A stretch of 32,000 bases of DNA from Candidatus Electrothrix yaqonensis (GCA_047651235.1 CP178758.1:3600001-3632000); one strand, 5' to 3'; counted from the stretch's first letter, positions 17,998-25,741 are shown. A program made the numbers and translations. The notes: a model not told the origin generated them from the letters alone.

Positions 17998-18075
17998 TTT
18001 CTGCTCCTGAATCACGTAGACAAGGCAAAGTCGGAGTCACAGATAGCACGCAGACGCAACAAGTGCAATATTTTT

Positions 18076-19368
18076 TTATGCTGCAGCCAATTTTGCCAGG
18101 CAAGCCTCTGCTGCGGCAAGGGCCTTTTCCAGGTGCGTCCGGTCATGCGCAGCCGAGATAAAAGCCGCCTCGAACTGGGACGGTGCCAGCCAGATACCCT
18201 GTGCCAGCATCTCCCGGAAATAGCGGCCGTAGCGTTCTGTATCCGCCTGCATGGCCGAATCAAAATCCGTCACCGGTTTATCCATAAAAAAGCAGGTCAT
18301 CATGGAGCCGATCCGATTCAGCACGGTCGGTACCGAAGCCTTGGCACTGATTGCGGCCAGTTGTCCGGCAAACCAATCGCTTTTCTCCTCAAGCTCTTTG
18401 TAGAAGCCGGGCTGCCGCACGGTTTTGAGCATGGCCAGTCCGGCAGCCATAGCCAGAGGATTGCCGGACAGAGTGCCAGCCTGATACACCGGTCCGTCCG
18501 GGGCGATCTGATCCATGATTTCCTTTTTACCGCCGTAAGCGCCGACAGGCAGGCCGCCACCGATGATCTTGCCGAGACAGGTGAGATCCGGCAGAATACC
18601 GAAGCGTTCTTGGGCCCCGCCCAAAGCCAGCCGGAAGCCGGTGATCACCTCGTCAAAAATGAGGACAATGTCTAATTCCGCAGTCAGCTCACGCAGTTTC
18701 TGGAGAAAGGCCATATCCGGGACAATCACGCCCATATTTCCGGCAACCGGCTCGATGATCACGCAGGCGATATCCAGTTCGTCATCCCGTAGCGTCTTTT
18801 CCAGCACTTCAATATTGTTGTAGGGGATGGACAGGGTATTTTTGACAATATCTTCCGGCACACCGGGGCTGCCCGGAATCCCCAGAGTAGCCACGCCGGA
18901 ACCGGCCTTGACCAGAAAGGAGTCCGCATGACCGTGGTAGCAGCCGTCAAACTTGAGCACCATATTCCGACCGGTATAGCCTCGGGCCAGACGGATGGCG
19001 CTCATGGTCGCCTCAGTGCCGGAGTTAACAAAACGTACCTTTTCAATGGACGGCACAGAGTCGCAGACCAGTTCGGCCAGCTCCACCTCAAGCGCAGTGG
19101 GTGCGCCAAAACTGGTCCCATTAGGCAGAGCTTCCTGAATCGCCCGCACGACCTCCAGATGGCCGTGTCCAAGGATCATCGGCCCCCAGGAGGCGACAAA
19201 ATCGATAAACTTATTGCCGTCAGCATCGGTGATTGTACAGCCTTCAGCCTTGGCAACAAACAGAGGATCACAGCCCACGGATTTGCAGGCCCGTACAGGC
19301 GAATTCACGCCTCCGGGAAGGAATCGGCATGCCTGGTGAAATAATGTAGCGGAATGTGTTGTGTGCAT
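18076..19368 (-). CDS. hemL: Glutamate-1-semialdehyde 2,1-aminomutase
   Basis: The 430-aa ORF contains LFHQACRFLPGGVNSPVRACKSVG...FIDFVASWGPMILGHGH and IFDEVITGFR. The PLP lysine context is CLGKIIGGGLPVGAYGG. Confidence 0.95.
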   Translation of the reverse strand: MHTTHSATLFHQACRFLPGGVNSPVRACKSVGCDPLFVAKAEGCTITDADGNKFIDFVASWGPMILGHGHLEVVRAIQEALPNGTSFGAPTALEVELAELVCDSVPSIEKVRFVNSGTEATMSAIRLARGYTGRNMVLKFDGCYHGHADSFLVKAGSGVATLGIPGSPGVPEDIVKNTLSIPYNNIEVLEKTLRDDELDIACVIIEPVAGNMGVIVPDMAFLQKLRELTAELDIVLIFDEVITGFRLALGGAQERFGILPDLTCLGKIIGGGLPVGAYGGKKEIMDQIAPDGPVYQAGTLSGNPLAMAAGLAMLKTVRQPGFYKELEEKSDWFAGQLAAISAKASVPTVLNRIGSMMTCFFMDKPVTDFDSAMQADTERYGRYFREMLAQGIWLAPSQFEAAFISAAHDRTHLEKALAAAEACLAKLAAA

Positions 19369-19451
19369 AACGATGTGAAAGTCATCAGTTCAGGATAGGT
19401 TCGGAATCAATAAGCCGACGACTATACCATGCGTTTTTTTTCTTTGCAAAC

Positions 19452-19466
19452 AGGAGTTACGCGGTT
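19452..19466. repeat. Solo copy (14 of 15 nt) of the terminal-repeat motif of the MITE-like element at 29863..29980
   Basis: aggagttacgcGgtt at 19452-19466 compares with aggagttacgcAgtt at 29865-29879. Both lie upstream of minus-strand gene starts (hemL and dapB). Confidence 0.4.
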
Positions 19467-19602
19467 AGTAAAAATCAGGCAATATGGCAGACATAAAAAA
19501 GAAGCTCAATTACTTCCCCCTGCATTATCGACATCGGGACGGAAGGTAGGGATGTAAGGAGGATGTGCTCGCGGAGGGGAACAAGAAGGGATGATCAGCA
19601 GC

Positions 19603-19631
19603 TTGCACTCTTTCCGGCTATCGTGTATTTT
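19603..19631 (+). promoter_or_regulatory. Candidate sigma70-type promoter for the low-GC cassette
   Basis: TTGCAC (19603-19608), a 17-nt spacer, then TATTTT (19626-19631), about 150 nt upstream of the ATG at 19779. This is a consensus match only. Confidence 0.25.
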
Positions 19632-19778
19632 ATATATTTTCCGATGTTAAAAAGAAATATCGTATCTTCCCATGAAATCGGGATTTGGCAAACAAGGTAG
19701 TATTATACGCGAGTCTATCTCATGATTTTTTGCATATACACCACCATTCAGCCCCCTTTGTCAAAAAGGTGAAGTGCT

Positions 19779-20528
19779 ATGCTTCCAGATGATCTGATTG
19801 TAGGATTTATTATATACGCATTGACGTTTCGGTTGGCTATCATTGCAGCGGGTATTGTGAGTATTGTCTTTGGATACAAGCTGTTTGCGCTCGGCGTGAT
19901 GGGCGGAGAGAAAACCCGTATTAACGCTCAGGCAGGGCAGATTAAACTGACACTTGCCAATGCCGGGCCCGGCTTGGGTTTTGCACTGTTCGGTGTACTC
20001 ATTATCGCGGTTATGCTTTTTCAAGGTAATCCAGAGATCGTCCTGAAGGATGTTCAGCTCGTTATAAAGGATTTACAGCAAGGCGGTACTCCGTCCGAGG
20101 TGCATATCGGAAGCGCAGCATTTAAGGGGGGGAACGATAATAAGATAAGTCAAGCGGTGCAGCGTTTCAATCAGGCGTTGAATGAAGGGAAGCAGTTGCA
20201 ACATGCTGGAGATATCGAAGCGGCCATAACAGTTTATAACAAGGTGCTGTCCGACTCAGAGGCCCCCTTTATACTCAATGAATTAGCTTGGCTCTATCGG
20301 GAACAGCAGCAACTTGACGAGGCTCTGGTGTTGGCACATGCAGCAACGACAGTTGATCAGAAAGACTCCAATAGCTTCGACACGCTAGCACTGATTTTGC
20401 TGGATCGGAAGGAGTTTGAAGCTGCGGAACACGCTGCACAGACTGCCTTGAAGCTTGATCCTGCTAACCAGGATTATAAGGAAACCCTGAATAAAGTACA
20501 AGCTGCTAAGAATAGTACAACGCTATGA
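19779..20528 (+). CDS. Membrane-anchored TPR-repeat protein (cassette gene 1)
   Basis: The N-terminal hydrophobic segments are IVGFIIYALTFRLAIIAAGIVSIVFGYKLFAL and GPGLGFALFGVLIIAVMLF. About three TPR-like repeats follow (GDIEAAITVYNKVL..., LNELAWLYREQQQLDEALVLAHAA..., FDTLALILLDRKEFEAAEHAAQTALKLDP). The stop overlaps the next start (ATGA at 20525-20528). Confidence 0.7.
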   Translation: MLPDDLIVGFIIYALTFRLAIIAAGIVSIVFGYKLFALGVMGGEKTRINAQAGQIKLTLANAGPGLGFALFGVLIIAVMLFQGNPEIVLKDVQLVIKDLQQGGTPSEVHIGSAAFKGGNDNKISQAVQRFNQALNEGKQLQHAGDIEAAITVYNKVLSDSEAPFILNELAWLYREQQQLDEALVLAHAATTVDQKDSNSFDTLALILLDRKEFEAAEHAAQTALKLDPANQDYKETLNKVQAAKNSTTL

Positions 20529-21712
20529 TTAAAATAGTGAATCGCTGCGTTATTATAGCACTATTGCTCCTAATTGAGACGAATGCCTGGGGCGTTAATC
20601 TTTCTGGTTATTTTGGTAACAGCTACGCTGTTGTGGTCGGTATTCATGAATATCAGGATAGGAACACTTGGCCGGATGTGACGTATGCCATGGAAGACGC
20701 AAATGATATGGTCGCATTTCTTTTGAGGCAGGGCTTCAGAAAAAATAATGTAAAGTCGTTCATTAATGACCGAGCGACAAGAGAAAGTATTATATCCTAT
20801 TTGGCAGACGATCTAGCACGGACATTGAAAAATAATGACAGAGTCGTCTTTTATTTCTCGGGGCATGGAGAAACTGAGCAGATTGGCTTAAATGACTTCG
20901 GCTATATCATACCCTATGATGGCAAGAAAGGACGTCCTTCAACTTGGATTTCTATGGAGAAGCTTCAAGAGCTTGCAGCTAAACTTGGCAATGCCCGCCA
21001 TCAGCTGTTTATTTTGGACTCCTGTTTTGGTGGTCTGATTGAGCCGAAGGGATCGGGTATTTCATCAGAGATGCCTTTTTATCTTGACGATTTGACAAAA
21101 CGTCGAGTACGCCTGTACATGACTGCCGGTGGTGCCAATGAGAAGGCCCCTATGCGTAGTAGCTTTTCTAAGAATAGCCATTATACAGCTAATCTCCTCA
21201 GAGGGTTGGATGGCCTTGCGGATAAGAATTATGACGGGATTGTAACTACGAGTGAACTTGAAGGGTATCTTCTGACAGCAGCTAGTATAAGAGGAGTAAT
21301 TATGCCGAGATGGGGAACTCTTGACGGTCACGAGAATGGGGAGTTTGTTTTTAGCTCTCCGAAAACTGCACGGAACATAGTTCGCAATTCAAGTCCGGTG
21401 TCCGGCCCCACCAAAGGGAATGTCAAGAATAGCTATGAGGTGGAGAGGTTACGAGCAGAGGTAGAGCGATTGGAGAAATTACGAGCAGCAGAAAGATCGA
21501 AACCACAACCACAATTATATACAAAATCTTTATCAGTAAGAAGCACATTAACTAAAGAGGAGCAAAATCAGATCGATTATGAATGGCAGCATGATATTCA
21601 AGGTGCTGCCAGCTCTTATACTGTTGAACAATTTCTCGAACGATACCCTGTAGGAGGTCATGTTCCAGCTGCACGGCAGAAACTGAACGAACTACGTGCG
21701 CGTGGTCAATAA
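20525..21712 (+). CDS. Exported caspase-like cysteine protease (peptidase C14 fold) with a coiled-coil/helical C-terminal region (cassette gene 2)
   Basis: A signal-peptide-like N-terminus is present (MIKIVNRCVIIALLLLIETNA|WG). The C14 hallmark motifs are YAVVVGIHEY, the catalytic His in VVFYFSGHGE and the catalytic Cys in LFILDSCFGG. The C-terminus has RLRAEVERLEKLRAAE and YTVEQFLERYPVGGHVPAARQKLNEL. Confidence 0.75.
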   Translation: MIKIVNRCVIIALLLLIETNAWGVNLSGYFGNSYAVVVGIHEYQDRNTWPDVTYAMEDANDMVAFLLRQGFRKNNVKSFINDRATRESIISYLADDLARTLKNNDRVVFYFSGHGETEQIGLNDFGYIIPYDGKKGRPSTWISMEKLQELAAKLGNARHQLFILDSCFGGLIEPKGSGISSEMPFYLDDLTKRRVRLYMTAGGANEKAPMRSSFSKNSHYTANLLRGLDGLADKNYDGIVTTSELEGYLLTAASIRGVIMPRWGTLDGHENGEFVFSSPKTARNIVRNSSPVSGPTKGNVKNSYEVERLRAEVERLEKLRAAERSKPQPQLYTKSLSVRSTLTKEEQNQIDYEWQHDIQGAASSYTVEQFLERYPVGGHVPAARQKLNELRARGQ

Positions 21713-21755
21713 GTGTGTTTTTACGAGATAGGCATATATGCCTTTGGAGCTTGAT

Positions 21756-22409
21756 ATGAATATAATAAAGATTGGAATTAGTGTAGCTGCATGCGTTGCG
21801 CTCAGTGGATGTTCAGACCTTTTACTACTCAGGCCGGAGGTTAAAGGTTGCTACCCGGTGGATAGTCTTAGCATAGAGGAACGGGTTAGTCTCCAAGTCG
21901 GGAATGGCAATCCGATACTTCTGGCTGGTGATAAGGAATTTGTATGTGCCTGCTATCATCCTGGTTCCCTTGTCGCAGCCGATGAAGGGGATCATCTGGA
22001 CAGAGCTGACGAAGATGATAACTTGGACAGAGCCGACGAAAATGATAACTTGGACAGAGCTGACGAAGGAGATTATTTGGTCAAAGCGGATGAAGGCGAT
22101 CGTTTGGATAGAGCTAGCGAAGGAGATCGTCTGGACAAAGCCGGTGAAGGGGACCGTTTGGACAGAGCCAGTGAAGGAGATCGTCTTGACAAAGCTGGTG
22201 AGGGCGATCGTTTGGACAAGGCTGGTGAAGGAGATCAGCTGGATAAAGCCGATGAAGCAGATTGGCTTTCAAAAGACTCTACCGAACTCTCTTGCCGTAT
22301 TGTATCAGGATGTCCTGGTTTTCAACTGATTGGTTATGAACCGAAACAGATCACAGTTCGTACCGAGGAAGGAAGAAAGTCTTTTTCAACGAACTGTATC
22401 ACTTGGTAA
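21756..22409 (+). CDS. Lipoprotein with 11 tandem acidic nonapeptide repeats flanked by Cys-containing modules (cassette gene 3)
   Basis: The start at 21756 has GGAG 6 nt upstream; the track start at 21738 is less likely. The lipobox is in MNIIKIGISVAACVALSG|CS. The repeats run ADEGDHLDR ADEDDNLDR ADENDNLDR ADEGDYLVK ADEGDRLDR ASEGDRLDK AGEGDRLDR ASEGDRLDK AGEGDRLDK AGEGDQLDK ADEADWLSK. Confidence 0.7.
   Translation: MNIIKIGISVAACVALSGCSDLLLLRPEVKGCYPVDSLSIEERVSLQVGNGNPILLAGDKEFVCACYHPGSLVAADEGDHLDRADEDDNLDRADENDNLDRADEGDYLVKADEGDRLDRASEGDRLDKAGEGDRLDRASEGDRLDKAGEGDRLDKAGEGDQLDKADEADWLSKDSTELSCRIVSGCPGFQLIGYEPKQITVRTEEGRKSFSTNCITW
21978..22274. repeat. 27-bp tandem repeat, 11 copies, in frame
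   Basis: Units of gcY gRt gaa ggN gat cNt ctg gac aRa type run from 21978 to 22274 (11 x 27 = 297 nt). The central copies are the most similar to one another. Confidence 0.9.
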
Positions 22410-22434
22410 AATTTATTGAAAAACGAGGATTGAT

Positions 22435-23217
22435 ATGGAAAAGTTATTGACAGCCTGCTTTCTTTCATTACCCCTTTTGATGGCTTGTGGGGCCATGCAT
22501 CCTTTAGAGAAAGGGGGGGATACGAAACGAGCGTTGAATACCGTCGAGTTGCAGTATCCCAACGTTACATTTACATTTCCGTCCACCAGAAAGACGTACC
22601 GGTCCGGTGAATCTTTTCCCCCGCCGAAAACTATTGATTGTTCCAACCTCACCCTGAAATCAGACTCATTCAAAGATGCTATTGAGGCAGGAGCACTCAT
22701 AGTGAGGATTAAGACCCCACGACAAGTAAAGCAGATTGTTAAGGATAAAAAGGGCAAAGAAATTGTTGAGCGCGTTAAGATAAAACCCGTTTACGGCGGA
22801 GTACTGGCATTGTGTAAAGTTTCTCCTAATGCGACTGGGCCGGATTCCCGAAGCTACCGGATTCGCGATCTTGATGACCGCCTTATTAAGGGCCAGAATG
22901 GCTTTATTTCTGTTATAGGGGCAAACCTGTCACAGGGTAATCAGCTACCCTCACTGCAAGATTTGGGAAAAGTACTCAATATCGACACAGGGCTTTCCTC
23001 TAAATCCATCAATATAGGCAGGACTAATTATTCTTGGATGCTCTGGCTGACAGACCGAACATCCACCTTTACCGATTATGAAGGTGAGATGATAATGCGT
23101 AAGCGCAAGGAGAAAGCAGCTAAAGCTAGGGCAGCAGCTAAGGATAGAGCGGATCAAGCTAGAGCTGAAGCTAAAGCAAGAGAAGAAGCAAGAAAAGCCA
23201 AGTCTGCTTCTAAATAA
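22435..23217 (+). CDS. Lipoprotein-like hypothetical protein with a Lys/Ala/Arg/Glu-rich helical C-terminal tail (cassette gene 4)
   Basis: MEKLLTACFLSLPLLMA|CGAM carries a lipobox-like LMAC, in which Met at -2 is atypical. A globular part of about 200 aa has no domain I recognise. The tail is RKRKEKAAKARAAAKDRADQARAEAKAREEARKAKSASK. Confidence 0.6.
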   Translation: MEKLLTACFLSLPLLMACGAMHPLEKGGDTKRALNTVELQYPNVTFTFPSTRKTYRSGESFPPPKTIDCSNLTLKSDSFKDAIEAGALIVRIKTPRQVKQIVKDKKGKEIVERVKIKPVYGGVLALCKVSPNATGPDSRSYRIRDLDDRLIKGQNGFISVIGANLSQGNQLPSLQDLGKVLNIDTGLSSKSINIGRTNYSWMLWLTDRTSTFTDYEGEMIMRKRKEKAAKARAAAKDRADQARAEAKAREEARKAKSASK

Positions 23218-23390
23218 GCTCCCAGCTGGACGGAAGCCAGCCTCGCACCGATAAATCACATACAATGCGTAGCCCGGATGGAATACAATAAAATCCGGGC
23301 GTTCATCCACTGCGCCATCAATTTCCGCATTTCACTGTGCTGCATATGATCTTCCTCCTGCAGCCCTCCCTCCTTTCGCAGCCATCTGTC

Positions 23391-23693
23391 TCACATCGAC
23401 GCAAACATTCGTGTGCCCGCTCCCCAAGCCTTTTCCTTGACAAAATCAGCAGCTGTCTCTACAAAGGACAGGTTGAATCGCAGTTGTGACAGGCCAGACC
23501 GGTTGTCCGTGAGGTTGAAAAAATGCGGATGGATAAAAACGACCTGACCTCCCGGCATTACGACTATTACAGAGGACAGTTCCCTAACCGGGTGTTCAGA
23601 GTGTTTGCTGTCGGAACTCTGGACAAAATTCCACTGATGGTTATTATATTTCCAAAACAAGCGCTGTGTCTCGGTATGCTGCTGCACCGACAA
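23391..23693 (-). CDS. Doubtful short ORF; possibly a degenerate C-terminal remnant of a 2OG/Fe(II)-oxygenase-like (PhyH-like) gene
   Basis: It starts with TTG and has no SD. The segment VVMPGGQVVFIHPHFFNLTDNRSGLSQLRF loosely resembles the xGDxxxFHxxxxHxSxxNxSxxxR region of PhyH-type proteins, but the spacing is imperfect. It sits at the junction between the low-GC cassette and the bat operon. Confidence 0.2.
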   Translation of the reverse strand: MSVQQHTETQRLFWKYNNHQWNFVQSSDSKHSEHPVRELSSVIVVMPGGQVVFIHPHFFNLTDNRSGLSQLRFNLSFVETAADFVKEKAWGAGTRMFASM

Positions 23694-23737
23694 GCGTTTT
23701 GGAACATATTTTTTAAATTGTATCCGACCTGTTTCCT

Positions 23738-25741
23738 ATGCCGACCTTTGCCCAACCGCTTTGGCTGCTGACAGGCTTGGTTGCCTGCTTCGCAGCCGTG
23801 CTGTTCATCAGTTTTAATATTATACGCAGAAAAAAGGAACTGCAGACATTCGCTGCAGTCAATCTGCTGCCCGGCCTGACCACCAATGTTTCCACTTCCC
23901 GGCGCAGGCTGAAGAATATTCTATTTATTCTGGGCTTGGCCTGCCTGTTCCTCGCCTTGGCCCGACCTCAGTACGGCAACCGCTGGATCGAGGTGCGGCG
24001 CAAGGGGATAGACATCCTGATCGGGGTGGATGTGTCCAAATCTATGTTGGTACCGGATATCAGCCCGAACCGATTGGAACGGGCCAAACTGGCCATCCGG
24101 GACTTTGTTGGCAAGCTGGAGGGCGACCGGGTAGGGCTGCTCCCCTTTGCCGGAACCGCCTTTCTCATGTGCCCGCTGACCACGGACTATGATGCCTTTA
24201 CCGCCTCGCTGGATGCCATAGATGTCAACACCATTCCCAAAGGCGGCACGGATATCGGCACGGCCATCCGGGAAGGAGGCGAGGCCCTGGCCAACGAAGC
24301 CAATCATAAAATTCTTGTCCTGGTTACTGACGGTGAGGATCTGAGCGAGGATGCCCTCAAAGCGGCAGAGAAGGCAAAAGCTGAGAAGATGACCATCTAC
24401 ACTATCGGTGTAGGCACACCGGAAGGCGAGCTGGTGCCTCTGCCGGGCGGCCAGCCGGGAAGTTTTGTCAAGGATGCGCAGGGCAATTTTGTCACCTCCA
24501 AACTGGACGAGCACACCTTGACCACTATTGCCGAGGCCACAGGCGGGCTGTACGTGCCTCTGGGCAGCATGGGCCAAGGCTTTGAAACAGTGTATCAGCG
24601 CAAGCTGGCCCTTTTACCCAAGGAGGAACACGGGCAGCGTAAACAGAAGATTCCCATTGAACGCTTCCCGTGGCCGCTGGGTGCTGCTCTGCTTCTGCTT
24701 GGTGCGGATTTCCTCCTCACCGGTCGGAAGAGCAGCCGATCTCTGCGTCTACCCTTTGTCAAGACTGCGGGCAGGCGGAAAAAACAGCAGGCAACGGCAG
24801 CGGTTCTGCTCATCGCCCTGTTCTTCGGAGCAACATCAGGACGGGCTTCCCAGGGTGAGGAGCTGTTTCAGGCCGGTGATTATAGCGGGGCTGAAAAGTA
24901 TTATCACAAGGCTCTGGAAAAGGACAAGGATGATCCGGCCCTGCATTTCAATCTGGGCGGCACACTGTACCGGCAGAAAAAATACGAACAGGCTGCCGCA
25001 GAGTTTAATCAGGCCCTGGCAACAGAAAATCTGAACTTACAGGCCAAAAGCTATTATAATCGGGGCAACAGCCAATATTTTCTTGGTGCAGCTCAGGAGG
25101 CGGCTGATGCGGAACAGGCCCTGAAGCAGTGGAGCGGGGCAAAGAAATCCTTTGAAGCCGCACTGCAGCTGCAGCCCGAAGACAAGGCGGCTGCCCATAA
25201 TCTGGAGATGATCAGCAAAAAGCTGGAGCAGCTGAAAGAAAAAATGCGCAACTCCGGCAAGCAGTGCAATAATCCGCAGAGCGGCAAGGACGGCGACCAG
25301 CAGAAGGACGGACAGGACAAAAAGAAAGAGGAGCAGCAACCGCAGGATCAGAACAGCGCCGACGGAAAAGAACAACAGGAGGAACAGCAGGAGAGCTCTT
25401 CGCCGCAGGAGCAGCCAGCCGGTCAGCAGGAGGATGCCGAAGAGCAACCTGAGCAGCAGGCTGCACCAGAACCGGCTGAAGAGGCTGAACCGGAAAAGAA
25501 GGAAGAAACACCGGCTGTCGAAGATATTCAGCAGGCTGCGGCGGAGGAGAACGAACAGAGCGGGCAGCAGGAGGAGAAAAAACAGCAGATGAGCGAGGAG
25601 GATATGCAACGCAGGATGATGGGCAGAATGACCGAACAAGAGGCGAAGAATTTGCTCGATAGCCTGAAGGGGGAGCAGGGTGAGCTGAATTTTATTCCCC
25701 AAGGAGCACCAGACGACGAACCGGTGAGAAAAGATTGGTGA
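23738..25741 (+). CDS. VWA-domain membrane protein fused to a TPR module with a Gln/Glu-rich tail (BatB-like plus BatC-like fusion)
   Basis: The N-terminal TM (FAQPLWLLTGLVACFAAVLF) and the VWA MIDAS context (DILIGVDVSKSM...LLPFAGTAFLMCPLTTD...GGTDIGTAI...ILVLVTDGED) are BatA/B-like. After a TM segment (WPLGAALLLLGADFLL) and a second signal-anchor-like stretch (ATAAVLLIALFFGATSG) there are TPR repeats (GEELFQAGDYSGAEKYYHKALEKD...). The protein ends with a long Q/E/K-rich tail. Confidence 0.8.
   Translation: MPTFAQPLWLLTGLVACFAAVLFISFNIIRRKKELQTFAAVNLLPGLTTNVSTSRRRLKNILFILGLACLFLALARPQYGNRWIEVRRKGIDILIGVDVSKSMLVPDISPNRLERAKLAIRDFVGKLEGDRVGLLPFAGTAFLMCPLTTDYDAFTASLDAIDVNTIPKGGTDIGTAIREGGEALANEANHKILVLVTDGEDLSEDALKAAEKAKAEKMTIYTIGVGTPEGELVPLPGGQPGSFVKDAQGNFVTSKLDEHTLTTIAEATGGLYVPLGSMGQGFETVYQRKLALLPKEEHGQRKQKIPIERFPWPLGAALLLLGADFLLTGRKSSRSLRLPFVKTAGRRKKQQATAAVLLIALFFGATSGRASQGEELFQAGDYSGAEKYYHKALEKDKDDPALHFNLGGTLYRQKKYEQAAAEFNQALATENLNLQAKSYYNRGNSQYFLGAAQEAADAEQALKQWSGAKKSFEAALQLQPEDKAAAHNLEMISKKLEQLKEKMRNSGKQCNNPQSGKDGDQQKDGQDKKKEEQQPQDQNSADGKEQQEEQQESSSPQEQPAGQQEDAEEQPEQQAAPEPAEEAEPEKKEETPAVEDIQQAAAEENEQSGQQEEKKQQMSEEDMQRRMMGRMTEQEAKNLLDSLKGEQGELNFIPQGAPDDEPVRKDW

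Noticed and set aside
16245-18015. The atpZ/atpI/atpB/atpE cluster without b, delta or F1 genes, considered as a novel or N-type ATPase fragment.
   Set aside because: F-type operons split this way (F0 a and c with small upstream membrane genes, and the remaining subunits elsewhere) are a known arrangement in deltaproteobacterial lineages. The c subunit has ordinary F-type features.
19395-19430. GGTTCGGAATC-like string resembling a tRNA T-arm.
   Set aside because: No acceptor or anticodon stems can be built around it. It has an extra base relative to the GGTTCGAATCC consensus.
25037-25702. 221-aa Leu-rich minus-strand ORF, with neighbours 25212..25511 and 25528..26172.
   Set aside because: They are antisense to the Gln/Glu-rich tail of the VWA-TPR fusion (CAG/GAG codons read as CTG/CTC on the other strand) and to the BatD paralogue. 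This is a compositional artefact.
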